Source: Candidatus Binatia bacterium (GTDB lineage: Bacteria; Desulfobacterota; Binatia; UBA9968; CAXXLF01). From it: a stretch of 64,000 nt of DNA. A program made the position numbers and the translations under genes. Position 1 is the stretch's first letter, and every line of letters begins with the position of its first letter. The stretch lies in the NCBI GenBank assembly GCA_963664015.2, contig CAXXLF010000001.1, positions 576,001 through 640,000 on the forward strand. Reading direction: 5' to 3'. Under the pieces are notes generated by a model that made no database searches, was not told the origin of the DNA, and saw only the letters and a program-made list of their open reading frames with translations. Below, piece after piece: positions 21,008 through 31,756 of the stretch.

Positions 21008-22171
21008 CGCGTCCTGGATTTCCTCTCTCACCTCTTCTACAGTCTCAATTCCTAATCGTTCTTCAAGCACAGAACGCGTATCATCACTTGCTATTTCCCC
21101 CAACGCCCAGGCCGCATGCTGCCGGACCAGGGGCTCATGATCACCCAGTGCCTTGGATAAGGCAGGAATACTCTCTTTATTTTTCAGATTCCCCAATGCA
21201 ACGGCCACATTACGCAAGAAACCGCGCCGCTTAGCACGAAGTACGGGCGAGCCGCGGAAGCGGTATTTAAATTCCTCATCGCTCAGAGACAGCAAGGGAA
21301 TAAGCTCAGGCGTGAGCAACCCGTCCCGTGGCATGTAAACACTTTCGTCAGTCGGCTTCGCCTTAACATTATAAGGACAGACCTCCTGGCAGATATCGCA
21401 GCCAAAAACGTGGTTTCCCATAAGGGGCCGGAGGTGTTTGGGGATGGCGGTCTTTAATTCGATAGTGAGATAAGAGATGCAGCGCCGCGCGTCCAGGACA
21501 TACGGCCCCACAAAGGCCCCCGTGGGACAGGCCTTGAGACAGAGATCACAGCTCCCGCACCGATCCTTTATAGGATGGTCATACGCTAATTCTATGTTGA
21601 GGAACAGCTCGCCAAGAAAGAACCACGACCCCTTCTGCGGCGAGATCAGCATCGTGTTCTTCCCTATCCACCCGATCCCCGAGGCCGCGGCCAACTCACG
21701 CTCCAACACCGGTCCTGAGTCAGTGAACACCTTGCCTTCTACAGGCTCAGGACTGCCTTCGACAAGCGTAGGATAGGCCACCTTTATATTGGCAAGCAGC
21801 TTATTGAGTCTTGCCTTGATAATTTCGTGATAATCATCGCCCCACGCATAACGCGAGATCCATCCTTGTACGCCTTTAACGCCTACCTCTTCCGTCCTTT
21901 TATAGGACGTCTGATAGTTCATCCCCACGGAGATCACGGACTTGGCTCCCGGCACCAGCTTGCCCGGGTCCCGCCTCACCTCCTCCGTCCTCGGCATATA
22001 GGCCATCTCCCCCGCAAACCCCTTCCTCAACCATTCGGCAAACGACTCCTCATGCCTCGGCGCCTGCACCGGCGACACCCCCACCAGATCAAACCCCAGC
22101 CCCTGCGCGGCCCCCTTTATATAGGAAGTTAATTCTGTAACGTCTTTATCTTTCTCAGTCGCCATAACCAA
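20990..22171 (-). CDS. queG: tRNA epoxyqueuosine(34) reductase with HEAT-repeat C-terminus
   Basis: SRYAWGDDYH, GWIGKN, GSWFFLG, CGSCDLCLKACP, CISYLTIE, GCDICQEVCP. Confidence 0.95.
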   Translation of the reverse strand: MVMATEKDKDVTELTSYIKGAAQGLGFDLVGVSPVQAPRHEESFAEWLRKGFAGEMAYMPRTEEVRRDPGKLVPGAKSVISVGMNYQTSYKRTEEVGVKGVQGWISRYAWGDDYHEIIKARLNKLLANIKVAYPTLVEGSPEPVEGKVFTDSGPVLERELAAASGIGWIGKNTMLISPQKGSWFFLGELFLNIELAYDHPIKDRCGSCDLCLKACPTGAFVGPYVLDARRCISYLTIELKTAIPKHLRPLMGNHVFGCDICQEVCPYNVKAKPTDESVYMPRDGLLTPELIPLLSLSDEEFKYRFRGSPVLRAKRRGFLRNVAVALGNLKNKESIPALSKALGDHEPLVRQHAAWALGEIASDDTRSVLEERLGIETVEEVREEIQDALSRFA

Positions 22172-22431
22172 GGTCTATTCTATCGCCTTTTTCGCCAAAT
22201 AGAACCAGAGGACGCCCTCCTATGCACTTCTACCTATTGATTTAATGACAGACGCATACGAAAGGTCAAGAAAAGACAGACAAGACGAGGATTGAGATAC
22301 ATACGACTATATCGTGAGGGTGCCAATGAGTCTCATTTCTGAGAAATACGACCTAAACATGCGCTGACAAAAAGCCCTCGTTTTCAAAATAACTGATGTT
22401 GCAACAAGCCCGATAGCCATATCCGTTTTTC

Positions 22432-24046
22432 TTAGTTCATTGTCTCCCAGACATCTTTTTTACAATTTTCCAACTCACATTGTATAAAACATGCAGCTTT
22501 GATAGCAGACTTAACCGCCCCCTTCATAAGACTGCTGTCGTGCCGGTCGCTAAAATAACTCCCTCCAAAATAGAGACCGCCCACAGGCCCCAACTTAAAT
22601 TCGATCCCTTCACTGTATTTCACCGCAGGTTGGGCGCCTGAATACGCCTTGCCCCGATAGGACATTTCGATCGGGCAATCGTTATTTCCGTTTCTGATTC
22701 TACATTCTGATCTTACTCGTTGATAGCTTTTCTGAGCACCCGACCAGAGGGACTCGAAACGGTCAAGTACTCCATTTGCAAAGGCTTCCCGTTGACTCGG
22801 CTTATCCGATGCCAATTCACGAGCCTGTCGACCGGTAACATAGACAACTTGAGTTGCGATTGTCGGTATTCCTTTCCGCCCGCTGCTAGCACTCCAAGTG
22901 GTATAACCCTCATGGTGATAAGTACTTCCGAAATGCCGATTGTCCCTCCAGGCGGGTCTATAAAAACAGAGAAAGACTTTGGGCGCGGATGTAAACTGAG
23001 CGCTCTTAACGAGTTCCTTTTAGCTGAGCCAAAGGAAACTTTGGCATGTTATCGAATTCTATTTCGCCAATAACATGAACGGGAAGTGTAAGAATAACAT
23101 AATCGATTTTTTAAACTTTAACCCCTTGGGGAGCACTAAACCTCAGCTGGTACTTGCCCCCTCCACTAATACCTTAGAACCGACGATTCGTATTGATTAT
23201 ATTTGGATCAAGTTGTTTGGTTAATCTGCTTACCAGCTGAATTGGCCCACCTTTAAGCCGGGACTTCCCGTCATGAGACGCAAACGTTTTAATCCAATGG
23301 TATCCATCCTTACGGATTGATTTAAACAATATATCAATGGACTCTAAGAGCTTGAGTGAGATCGATTCCTCAAGTGGTTTTCCCTGAGTAGAGAGAATCT
23401 TGAGTTTAATATATTCATAAAACAATTTACTTGGTGGCTGCTCCCATTCAAAATTCGTTAAGAAACTCTTGATTGACACCTTCTCCAACCGATCAACGAT
23501 CTTTCGGTCAGCTTCATCTCCTTTTTTAGCAAAATGTCAGTAAACTGAATCACGGACCTTATCGAGTTGGAACAACATTTTAATCTCTTTTGCACAAAAT
23601 AGTTTAATCATCTCCTTCTGTAATATAGAGATAATTCGGCCGTTTCTGTTCTTAAAGAAAAGAGTCCCATCATTCCATTTGTCGTTTTCCTCCCAACTAT
23701 AGAGCTCGAGCTTAGCCGAATGGCCTTTATTGAGATCATGAATTAATTGGAGAGTTCCCTTTTGGTTTGAATCAATAAGCTCAGCGCCTACACTCAAGGC
23801 ACCCTCCGAATAGACACTTTTGCCTGTCATGATTCTTCCATTGAGACGATTTGTCTTTTCAAACAACCTAACTTCGAGACAGTTGAGCTTGTTCAAATAG
23901 TATTCAGTTAAAACCCCTGCCAATTCTCCACCAATAACAGTAACTTTCTTGGGTACACATTGTTTCGCGCTCACTCCTTCTATAAGCCATATGAGAGTGA
24001 GACCAATTATTGAAAATGAAAATACGAGTTTTATATTTCTCCGTAT
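22432..24046 (-). pseudogene. Flavin-containing amine oxidase remnant (AT-rich)
   Basis: Ordered fragments: signal peptide, VIGGELAG, RLNGRI, GAELID, LKGG, DYVILTLP, AYS, LYFGGS..MKGAVKSAIKAA; TGA 23537, frameshifts, ATA start. Confidence 0.72.
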
Positions 24047-24326
24047 GTCACACCTTATTTTTCAGCAAGAATTGCTAAACCAGGCGGTTCCAATCGGATT
24101 TTTAACATAGCGTGAATTTATCCCGCAAGGACCACATCCTGGAACCGAGATTGAAAAACCGACTGGAATGTTAGGGAGGAACAATGGAACCCCCTACTTG
24201 CCGTATTTGCCGAGGGGATAAAACTCGGGTACGTCTGACAGAACAACTTTAAATCGAAGACATTACACCTAAATAAATAATCATTGCATTAGGTGGTACC
24301 TGCATGATTCTACGAAAGGAGCTAAA

Positions 24327-25154
24327 ATGAATGCGCCCCGGCCACAGGAACCCCGCCGCCTGCGCCCGAAGCCGCGCCAGACTGAAGTCGTCCTGGTAGA
24401 GCGCCTTACCCCACATATGATCCGTGTAGTCCTCGCCGGAGAGGAATTGGAGGGCATTGTGACGCGCGGCCCAGCGGAGCACTTGAAGATATTTCTCCCA
24501 TCTACCGGTGAATCAAATTTAGTATTTCCTGAGTGGGGGCCGGACGGTCCGGTCCTCAAGGAGGGTCAGCCGCGACCTTTGAATCGCACCTACACTCCGC
24601 GACGATGGGATGGAGACGCGCGGGAACTAACGGTAGATTTTCTGCTCCACGGTGAAGGGCCCGGGTCCACCTGGGCAGAGCAGGCCGAGCCGGGCCAGGT
24701 CATAGCTGTGTCGGGGAAACTAGGGGGAGCCTACACTGTGGATACCGAGGCCAACTGGTACCTCATAGGCGCCGACGATTCGGCACTGCCTGCAGTGGGA
24801 ACTCTTCTCGAGGCGCTACCGAAAACCTGCTTTGCCCATGTATTCATCGAAGTAGGTGACGCGGGCGAGGAGCTGAAGTTGGAGTCCCCTGCCCAATTTC
24901 AAGTTACGTGGTTGCACCACGGCTGGGCAGTCGAACAGGTAGGACGGAAACTGGAAAAGTCCGTACGAAAATTCACGTTGCCGGAGGGTAACGGCAGGGC
25001 CTGGATCGGCTGCGAAGCAGCCGTTATGCGGAATATCCGTCGCCACTTATTGAACGACCGGGGCATGGATCGAAACCATGCCCACACTCAAGGCTACTGG
25101 AAGTACGGCGCCGTGAACCACCCCGATAACGACCGGGGGCAAGAAGTGGAATAA
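24327..25154 (+). CDS. Siderophore-interacting protein (FAD-dependent ferric reductase, ViuB/YqjH family)
   Basis: LTPHMIRV, HLKIF, RTYTPR, DFLLHG, ADDSALPA, GYW. Confidence 0.9.
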   Translation: MNAPRPQEPRRLRPKPRQTEVVLVERLTPHMIRVVLAGEELEGIVTRGPAEHLKIFLPSTGESNLVFPEWGPDGPVLKEGQPRPLNRTYTPRRWDGDARELTVDFLLHGEGPGSTWAEQAEPGQVIAVSGKLGGAYTVDTEANWYLIGADDSALPAVGTLLEALPKTCFAHVFIEVGDAGEELKLESPAQFQVTWLHHGWAVEQVGRKLEKSVRKFTLPEGNGRAWIGCEAAVMRNIRRHLLNDRGMDRNHAHTQGYWKYGAVNHPDNDRGQEVE

Positions 25155-25324
25155 AACGGCAGAGGCACCTGTAAAAAGACCCCACACAAGTAGAGATCTC
25201 CTTACAGGAAATCGGGTGAGGCTTACCATTTTGCTATTTTCGATTTCTGCCCTCACCGGCTCGCCAGTGTCACGTTTTGAATCCTTACTAGACAAACGGT
25301 AAGAGGATTAGAAGGAGATTATAG

Positions 25325-25639
25325 ATTATACATATTGCGTTACATTTTATCCTTCCAGCAATTGTAGTGGGGTTGTTCTTTCGGCGGGATTGGAAATTAG
25401 TTTATTGGGTCATGGTATCTACGATGCTGGTGGACATCGACCATCTTATGGCCAGTCCGGTGTATGATCCGGGTCGCTGTAGTATCGGTTTCCATCCTTT
25501 ACATGGGGTTTTACCTATAGTGCTATATGTGACAGCTTGTTTTGTCCCAAAGTTACATTATGTTGGCATTGGGTTAGTAATTCACATGGCCTTGGATTCA
25601 TTTGATTGTAATTTAACTAACGGCGTCTGGTTTGTTTAG
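25325..25639 (+). CDS. DUF6122-like membrane protein; start appears to be ATT (possible pseudogene)
   Basis: IIHIALHF..., VDIDHL...YDPGRCSIGFHPLH; AGGAG 7 nt before ATT. Confidence 0.65.
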   Translation: MIHIALHFILPAIVVGLFFRRDWKLVYWVMVSTMLVDIDHLMASPVYDPGRCSIGFHPLHGVLPIVLYVTACFVPKLHYVGIGLVIHMALDSFDCNLTNGVWFV

Positions 25640-25680
25640 CCAGTTTTGTAAAATTAGGATATTGCTTAACCCGTGCTTTC

Positions 25681-25774
25681 GGGGTCAGGTCTAGGATCAA
25701 AGTTTTGCAACGGTGAAACACTGTCGAAAAACGCCCCGCCTACCCATTCACCCCCACCCCCAATAGGCTGACCC
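25681..25774. repeat. REP-like element bounded by GGGTCAG...CTGACCC
   Basis: GGGGTCAGGTCT at 25681; related intergenic copies at 31593-31606 (inverted) and 34578-34588. Confidence 0.45.
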
Positions 25775-25925
25775 TATACCCAGGGAATATCGGTCAGGGT
25801 TTCTTGTTAATCAAGCAAAAAGACCTTACAATGCGGCCCATAAGCGTTGCTGGTTGGGGAGAAAACCTGACCAGTTTTTTAATTACTCACAATCGGCACT
25901 TGGGTTAGCGGAAAGGTGGTTTACA

Positions 25926-26474
25926 ATGGTAACGACTGAAGCCTTACAGGACGCGTTTACAAGGGTACACGATTCCCTGCACCACACCTTGCCAGATCTG
26001 ACAGCGGAAGAACTCATCCGGGAGCCCCACCCACCGATCGGTTGGCTTGCATGGCGCCTTACTCGAGTCATGGACAGCAATGTGGCACGGCTCTCCGGCG
26101 GGGAGCAGCTATGGATCGGAGATGGCTGGGCGGATCGTTTTGGTATGCCGCCGGAACCCACGGACTTTGGGCGGTCGCTCACCCACACCCGTGAGCAAGT
26201 GAGCGTTTTTCGGGCCTCGGCAAAACTGCTACTGGAGTACCACGATGCAACGTATGAGCGAATGATCACTTACTTCAAAACGCTAAACGCTGACGACCTG
26301 GCCCGCCAGCTCGACGAGCCCCACTACCAACCACTCCCGACCGTATCCGTACGGCTCGTCAGCGTGTTAGAGAACGCGATGACCAACCAGGGGCAGATTG
26401 CTTACCTGAAGGCCTACCACCGCCTCGGCGGCTGGTTCCCCGACGAGGCCAAGAACATCGCCGACTTCCGCTAG
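25926..26474 (+). CDS. DinB-superfamily protein
   Basis: IGWLAWRLTRVMD, QLWIGDGWADRFG, VRLVSV..GQIAYL. Confidence 0.75.
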   Translation: MVTTEALQDAFTRVHDSLHHTLPDLTAEELIREPHPPIGWLAWRLTRVMDSNVARLSGGEQLWIGDGWADRFGMPPEPTDFGRSLTHTREQVSVFRASAKLLLEYHDATYERMITYFKTLNADDLARQLDEPHYQPLPTVSVRLVSVLENAMTNQGQIAYLKAYHRLGGWFPDEAKNIADFR

Positions 26475-26619
26475 AAATTGGGACCGCCAGAACGCAACTC
26501 AAGAGCTAAGGATTTGCGTCCTCTAGGTTGTTGGAGAGAAAGACAGCGGCTCGATGTGGATCGCCGCTTCTCCCCTTTCACAAAGCTCAAGGCGTAATAC
26601 TAAGCTTGCATTACCGCGA

Positions 26620-27295
26620 TCAGTCAGCTGCAAAACAATAGAGCAGTCCTGCGCCGCCCGAACGCTTCAGATTCGCAGCACTACAGCCGCGCGAGGTATG
26701 CGCCGAGTTCCATGATTTCGAGGGAGCATCGTCGCGAAGGCCCATGCGGTCGTGATGGCCAACCTTGGCGCGACCCTCTCCGTTCTTTGTCCAGTTGCCA
26801 CAAGGCATGTCCTCGCCCAATGGATAGGCGCGGCCGTCTGCAGTCGAGCCCGTCAGTATGTCATGCTGGTTGACGACGAATCGACGTCCGGGAATACGCC
26901 GGCCGTTCTCGGAGCGGCCGATCTCGACATTGATCTTGCTTTTGTCGGAATGCAGCTCGTTTACATTAGCAGCAACCTGCACACCCTCTGTGTTCACCCA
27001 AGGCCCCTTACCAATGCGATCGCGCGCATTGATTGCCGGTTTTCCACCCGCCGCTTGGGTGCTGAGATAGGCGCGCCACGTCTTGTTGCCTGCGCCCGCC
27101 TTTGTGGCCAGTGCCTTGAAATATTTGTCAGCCCCTTCAATACCGCCGGAATTGGCGCCATCAGGACCACTCTTGCTTGTGATAAAAAACGTCATGTTCG
27201 GGAATTGGGGTGGTTTCCCCTGCGCCTGCGCTGCTCCAAAGGACCGGTGTGACTATTGTGGCTAACAGAAATAAGTGGATTTTCTTGGAGATTAT
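26620..27295 (-). pseudogene. Secreted lectin-like protein with the signal peptide out of frame
   Basis: FFITS..GGIEGAD, TWRAYLS, NARDRIGKGPW, HDILTGS, GLLYCFA; the signal-like segment lies in another frame without an ATG. Confidence 0.65.
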
Positions 27296-27592
27296 TTGTC
27301 CCCTTTTGATTGAATTCCGACCATCGGACGGACCGGCGAGCACTCCGAGGGCTCGGATAGTGATAAGTAAACACTTAGGAGGGAGATTCTATTCCACCTC
27401 GAGATGCGATTAAACGATATTTTAATTGTATTCTGAGTCAATTAAATGTGCTTCTGAGATAAAATTGGCGGTCCGATATGGACCGCTGTAGGGAATGAGC
27501 CTGAGCCAGAATCCAGGATGGAAAGGGATCTTATTTTGAAATGAAGGGTCTCTTCCCGGGCTCTCCTTGGTAAATCGGGATTTGGCCTGATT

Positions 27593-28801
27593 CTACCGCC
27601 AACGGACTGGATTGTAGCCGCCGAGGAAGTAGCGGCGAAAGGCTTGGGTGATGATCTGGCGTCCCCAGTTGAAGCGGCCGTATTGGCGGAGAAATTTGAG
27701 GATCTCCAACGTCATCCTCGCCTGGTCGCGGAACTTTAGCTCCCCCAGCGCCAAACGGAAGTCCGCCTCGTGCGGCCGGGCGAAGGCGATTTTGAATGGG
27801 TTCCACTGGTCGGAGCAGCGCTGGACCTCGGAGACGATCATCTTGCGGTACACCTGTTGAACGGGACGGTTCCGCAGCATTGACTCCACCACCGCCTCGC
27901 CCGCGATCGCACCTGAGTGCAGCGAACAACTCATGCCCTCAGCCATCATGTTGAGGAACCCTGCGGCCTGACCGGCGACAAGCACATTGCCTTTCCCAAA
28001 CACGTAACGGTTAATAAGCGACAGTCCGAAATTCTCGACACATCCTTCGCGATCTTCGGGAGGACCGAGCCGGACTCCGTGCTTATCCTCTAGGTAGCGT
28101 TGAAGTCGGCCGTGAACGTCGTCGAAGTTCTGGCCCGGGACCCATCCCACACCGAGAATCTGACGGTTATCCCGCGCGTGGCTCCAGGTATAGTATCCGA
28201 GTTCGGGATGGAACCAGAAGTGGAAGTACTCATCGTCCAGCGGGCAATCGGAAATCTCGTGGAACTTCTGTCCGACCATGAACCACGGGATATGCTGGGG
28301 ATAATCGTGATAGACCTTCCGGATCACCCCTGAATTCGGCCCGTCGGTCCCGATGACGTAGCGAGCACGGTACTCGACGGGCTTCCCGTACTTGCGGGCT
28401 TCGACCTGGACGTGATCGCCTTCGTCCTTGAGCGAAATGAAACTTGTCTCATCATGCACTTCCACGCCGCTACGCTCGATCGCCCAGTGGTCGGAGTACT
28501 TGCGATGAAGATGGGGCGTCGGCCCGCCGTCAAAGTCCATCGAGAGCGACAGCATGCTCGGGAAGTGGAAGGTCACACCGCGACAGGAAGTGGGCTCATG
28601 GAGGATCTTCCTGGGCAGGGGCCCGAAATTCTCCAGCAAAAACCGGTGACCGCGGGGCGACAAGATTCCGCTGCAGATCTTGTGGCGGGGTAGCTTCTTC
28701 TTTTCGAGAACAACGGTCTCGTATCCCGCATCCACCAACCGCTTGGCGCATGCCGCGCCGGAGAGACTGGCACCGACCATGAGCACGTCGATTGTCCTCA
28801 C
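27593..28801 (-). CDS. Geranylgeranyl-reductase-family FAD oxidoreductase
   Basis: DVLMVGASLSG, LPRHKICSG, GTDG, VAGQAAGF, EGMSCSLHSG. Confidence 0.75.
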   Translation of the reverse strand: MRTIDVLMVGASLSGAACAKRLVDAGYETVVLEKKKLPRHKICSGILSPRGHRFLLENFGPLPRKILHEPTSCRGVTFHFPSMLSLSMDFDGGPTPHLHRKYSDHWAIERSGVEVHDETSFISLKDEGDHVQVEARKYGKPVEYRARYVIGTDGPNSGVIRKVYHDYPQHIPWFMVGQKFHEISDCPLDDEYFHFWFHPELGYYTWSHARDNRQILGVGWVPGQNFDDVHGRLQRYLEDKHGVRLGPPEDREGCVENFGLSLINRYVFGKGNVLVAGQAAGFLNMMAEGMSCSLHSGAIAGEAVVESMLRNRPVQQVYRKMIVSEVQRCSDQWNPFKIAFARPHEADFRLALGELKFRDQARMTLEILKFLRQYGRFNWGRQIITQAFRRYFLGGYNPVRWR

Positions 28802-29670
28802 GGCGTCACCTCCGCGAGGTGCACGACCGGGATTTCGGCTAGCTCCTCGAACGGCTCAATGTCGTCCACGCATTCCACGACGATCCGTTCCACGGTGCGG
28901 CCTTCCAAGATCCACCGCGCCTGTTCGACCGTGTTGAGGCAGTCCATCCCTGTTCGACTCTGCAAGCTCGCCGCTCCCGTTGCGATCGCAGCACGTTGTA
29001 AGTCCAGGTTCATCTCGCAGCCCAGCCGCTTTCGAAGCTCATCGTAGAACTGCACGAGTCTCCGAAAATCGGAATGGTAGCCGCGGGTTTCGATAACGTA
29101 AAGGTCAGTGGGTCGCAGGGCTGAGCGCGTGCGGAGGAGGGCTTCTCCCAACCCGACCACCTTGTACCCCAACGATCTCAGCGGTCGGTGTAGAATGCCG
29201 TCGACCACGATCAGTTCCGTCCCCACCAGAGAATCAAGGAACTGCTTCTGACGTTCCGGAGAAACCGGCCGCCCGGCCTCGATCGCGGCCGCGATATCAG
29301 AGGCATCGACGGGCGAAACACCGAGTCGCTGCAGCACAACCTCGTAGAGCCTGTGTCTGCGAAGCGAGTCCCCGGGAAGAAAAGAGCCCCATTGTCCATT
29401 GACAGGGTCCAGTTCCGGAAGATCCAGCGGATTCGACTTTCGAAGGTCGAGCGTCATTCCAACCGTGTCGATCTCCTCCGGGCACACTGGCTCGCAGGCG
29501 CCACACGTCACGCAAGCATTCAAGGAATCCTGCAGATCCTCGGCCGAGGCGCCGCCCTGGAGGGCAAGAGCGCGACCCGCGAGGGTGAGGGAAAAATCCC
29601 CCGTCTCCCGCCAGACAGGACAGGGCAGGATGCATATTTTGCACCCGGTACATGCACGGTAGTCGTTCAT
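28798..29670 (-). CDS. 2x[4Fe-4S] dicluster protein
   Basis: CTGCKICILPCP and CVTCGACEPVCP; start and stop overlap both neighbours. Confidence 0.75.
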   Translation of the reverse strand: MNDYRACTGCKICILPCPVWRETGDFSLTLAGRALALQGGASAEDLQDSLNACVTCGACEPVCPEEIDTVGMTLDLRKSNPLDLPELDPVNGQWGSFLPGDSLRRHRLYEVVLQRLGVSPVDASDIAAAIEAGRPVSPERQKQFLDSLVGTELIVVDGILHRPLRSLGYKVVGLGEALLRTRSALRPTDLYVIETRGYHSDFRRLVQFYDELRKRLGCEMNLDLQRAAIATGAASLQSRTGMDCLNTVEQARWILEGRTVERIVVECVDDIEPFEELAEIPVVHLAEVTP

Positions 29671-31208
29671 CAGAAGATCACGTCCGCGTTCAGGATCATG
29701 GCCGGATCGGCTTTTTTCTTCATGGCGAAATGCTTGTCCACGAGGGTGTCGCCGAACGCACCGCGGATATAGCCCTTCATCATCCCGCCAAAGCGGTAAT
29801 AGGATGTATTCATCTCCAGGCCGATATCGTAGATCGCATTCTTGAAGGACTGAAGGTGGTCGCGGCTGTATGTGCCGCCCTTGATCATCGGCTCGAACTC
29901 GCATCCCCAAGCGAAGCCCTCGGCGTCGGGCGGGATGCAGGACAGTTCGTACCGGGGCAGGCGGCCGCGCAGCTTGATTCCGACGCAGTAGAGCGTGTAG
30001 TGGGAAAAGTACTTACGGCATAACGCGTTGCCTCGCTCTACCGCTTCCACAAACTTTTCCTCGTTTGTAGAGAGATCGGGGATCACCATCTGCTGACCTC
30101 CCCAGAACTTCCACACCGCGCGAGAAAAAACCACCGTACGGTCCACGATCTTCCCCTTCCGGAGGTGGTATGAGGGTCCGAACTCCGGCATCAGCGCCTT
30201 TTTCCGCCCATAAAGATACAGTGCTTCCTTTATCTTCCATGGGTGGAGGGCATAGTAAACGGCCATCCTTGCCGCGAAACCGAACTCGCCATAACCCCGG
30301 AGACGCGGTTGCCAGCGGGCGAAGAAATCCCGTTCCCGCTCGTCCGAATCAAACGCCACGAGCAAATTCACCGCGCGGTCCAGCATCGTGAGAATGCCGC
30401 AGTAGTCCGCGACTCCCTCTTTCGACAGCATCTGCAAATCCTCTATCGCGGTGCGGAGCGAACTTTAATAGAAATAGTGCATCGAGCAGGGTGTATAAGG
30501 GCGGATCTTCATCGTCGCCTCCGTGATCACACCGAACTGGCCATAGCCCAGCAGCACCTGCTCGAATAGCTCAGGATTCTCCTTTTCCGAGCACTCCTGG
30601 ATCTGTCCGGTGGGGGTCACGACCTGGAGCGCCACCGCCTGATCGGCGCTGCACCCGTATTTGGGGGAATTCACGTCGACGCCCCCGACTCCCAGCGTCC
30701 CGCCGACGGAAGATGTTAAATTTAAGGGGGCGGAAAGATAATCGAGTCCCTTCCGGCGGAGCGCCTCGGCCAGCGCGTGCCAGTATATGCCGGCTTCGGT
30801 GCGAACAGTCAGATTCTTTTCATCGATCGACAGCACCCGGCTCATCCCGTTCATTGCGACGAGCAGGCCGCCGAAAGCGACGGACTCGCCCTCGGTGGTG
30901 AGGCCACCGCCGCGCGTCTTCACGGGGACTCGGTGTTCCTGCGCGGCCCTGAGGATAGCGGCGATTTGCTTCGCGGAGCGCGCGATCACGAGTCCATGGG
31001 GCATGCCCTGCGCCACACCGCCACCGTCGGTGCGATAGAGCGACCGATGGTTGCGGTTCTCCCCAACGTGGATCCCCTGTTTCTTCAGGTCGGCGACAAA
31101 GGCGTTCCAAGTCTTTCCGTTCCAGAGGCCCGAGTTGGTCTGCTGGCGAGGAATTCCCTGGAGGGAATCAGAAGCCACGGGGCAGGCATTGATAGGTTCG
31201 CTCTGCAT
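29670..31208 (-). pseudogene. FAD-binding (VAO/PCMH-type) oxidoreductase with an in-frame TAA
   Basis: RGGG, SVGGTL, LGYGQFGVITEA, KKKADPAMILN; TAA 30465-30467 splits two same-frame ORFs. Confidence 0.82.
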
Positions 31209-31756
31209 TCTACCAGTTTTACCGAGTATGATCGGAGTCTACTTTTGAAACGCGGTTACCGAGAATTGAAGAATTTTCAAAAATACCGGCGGTCGGCCCG
31301 ATGGCAAGGGCCCTAAGGGGATGCGGGATGGGCAAATGGGCAGCCCTCCTTCGTTATAGATGGACAATATCCGATAACGGCCTATTATGTCAACCTGGGG
31401 ATAACCTTTCAGGTAGACCGCCACATCTGGAGGATACTTTGACGGTGGAGCTAGACAAATCGGCACGCTGCACCCTTTCAAGCAGAACCCGCTATTTCCA
31501 AATCAATACTTTAATTAAGTCCGACGCGGATTGTAATTCATAACCTATTTAAATACGTACTGTAGAATCAGATTGAAGGAGAGTTCGGTTCAATCCTAGA
31601 CCTGACTATTGATCAACAAATGACTTGATCCGTCCTCTGCTTGTCCTACGCAGTATCGTGTTAAAATCGACCGGCTGGTGATCGTATTCTCACGGACCGA
31701 CCGCATCTGAAGCGACCGTAACAGGTGTCGAGTTCATATGAAGGAGTATCATCATC

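Noticed and set aside
28798-29910. 370-aa start assignment for the Fe-S protein
   Set aside because: The first 80 codons overlap the FAD oxidase. The coupled ATG at 29670 is the plausible start.
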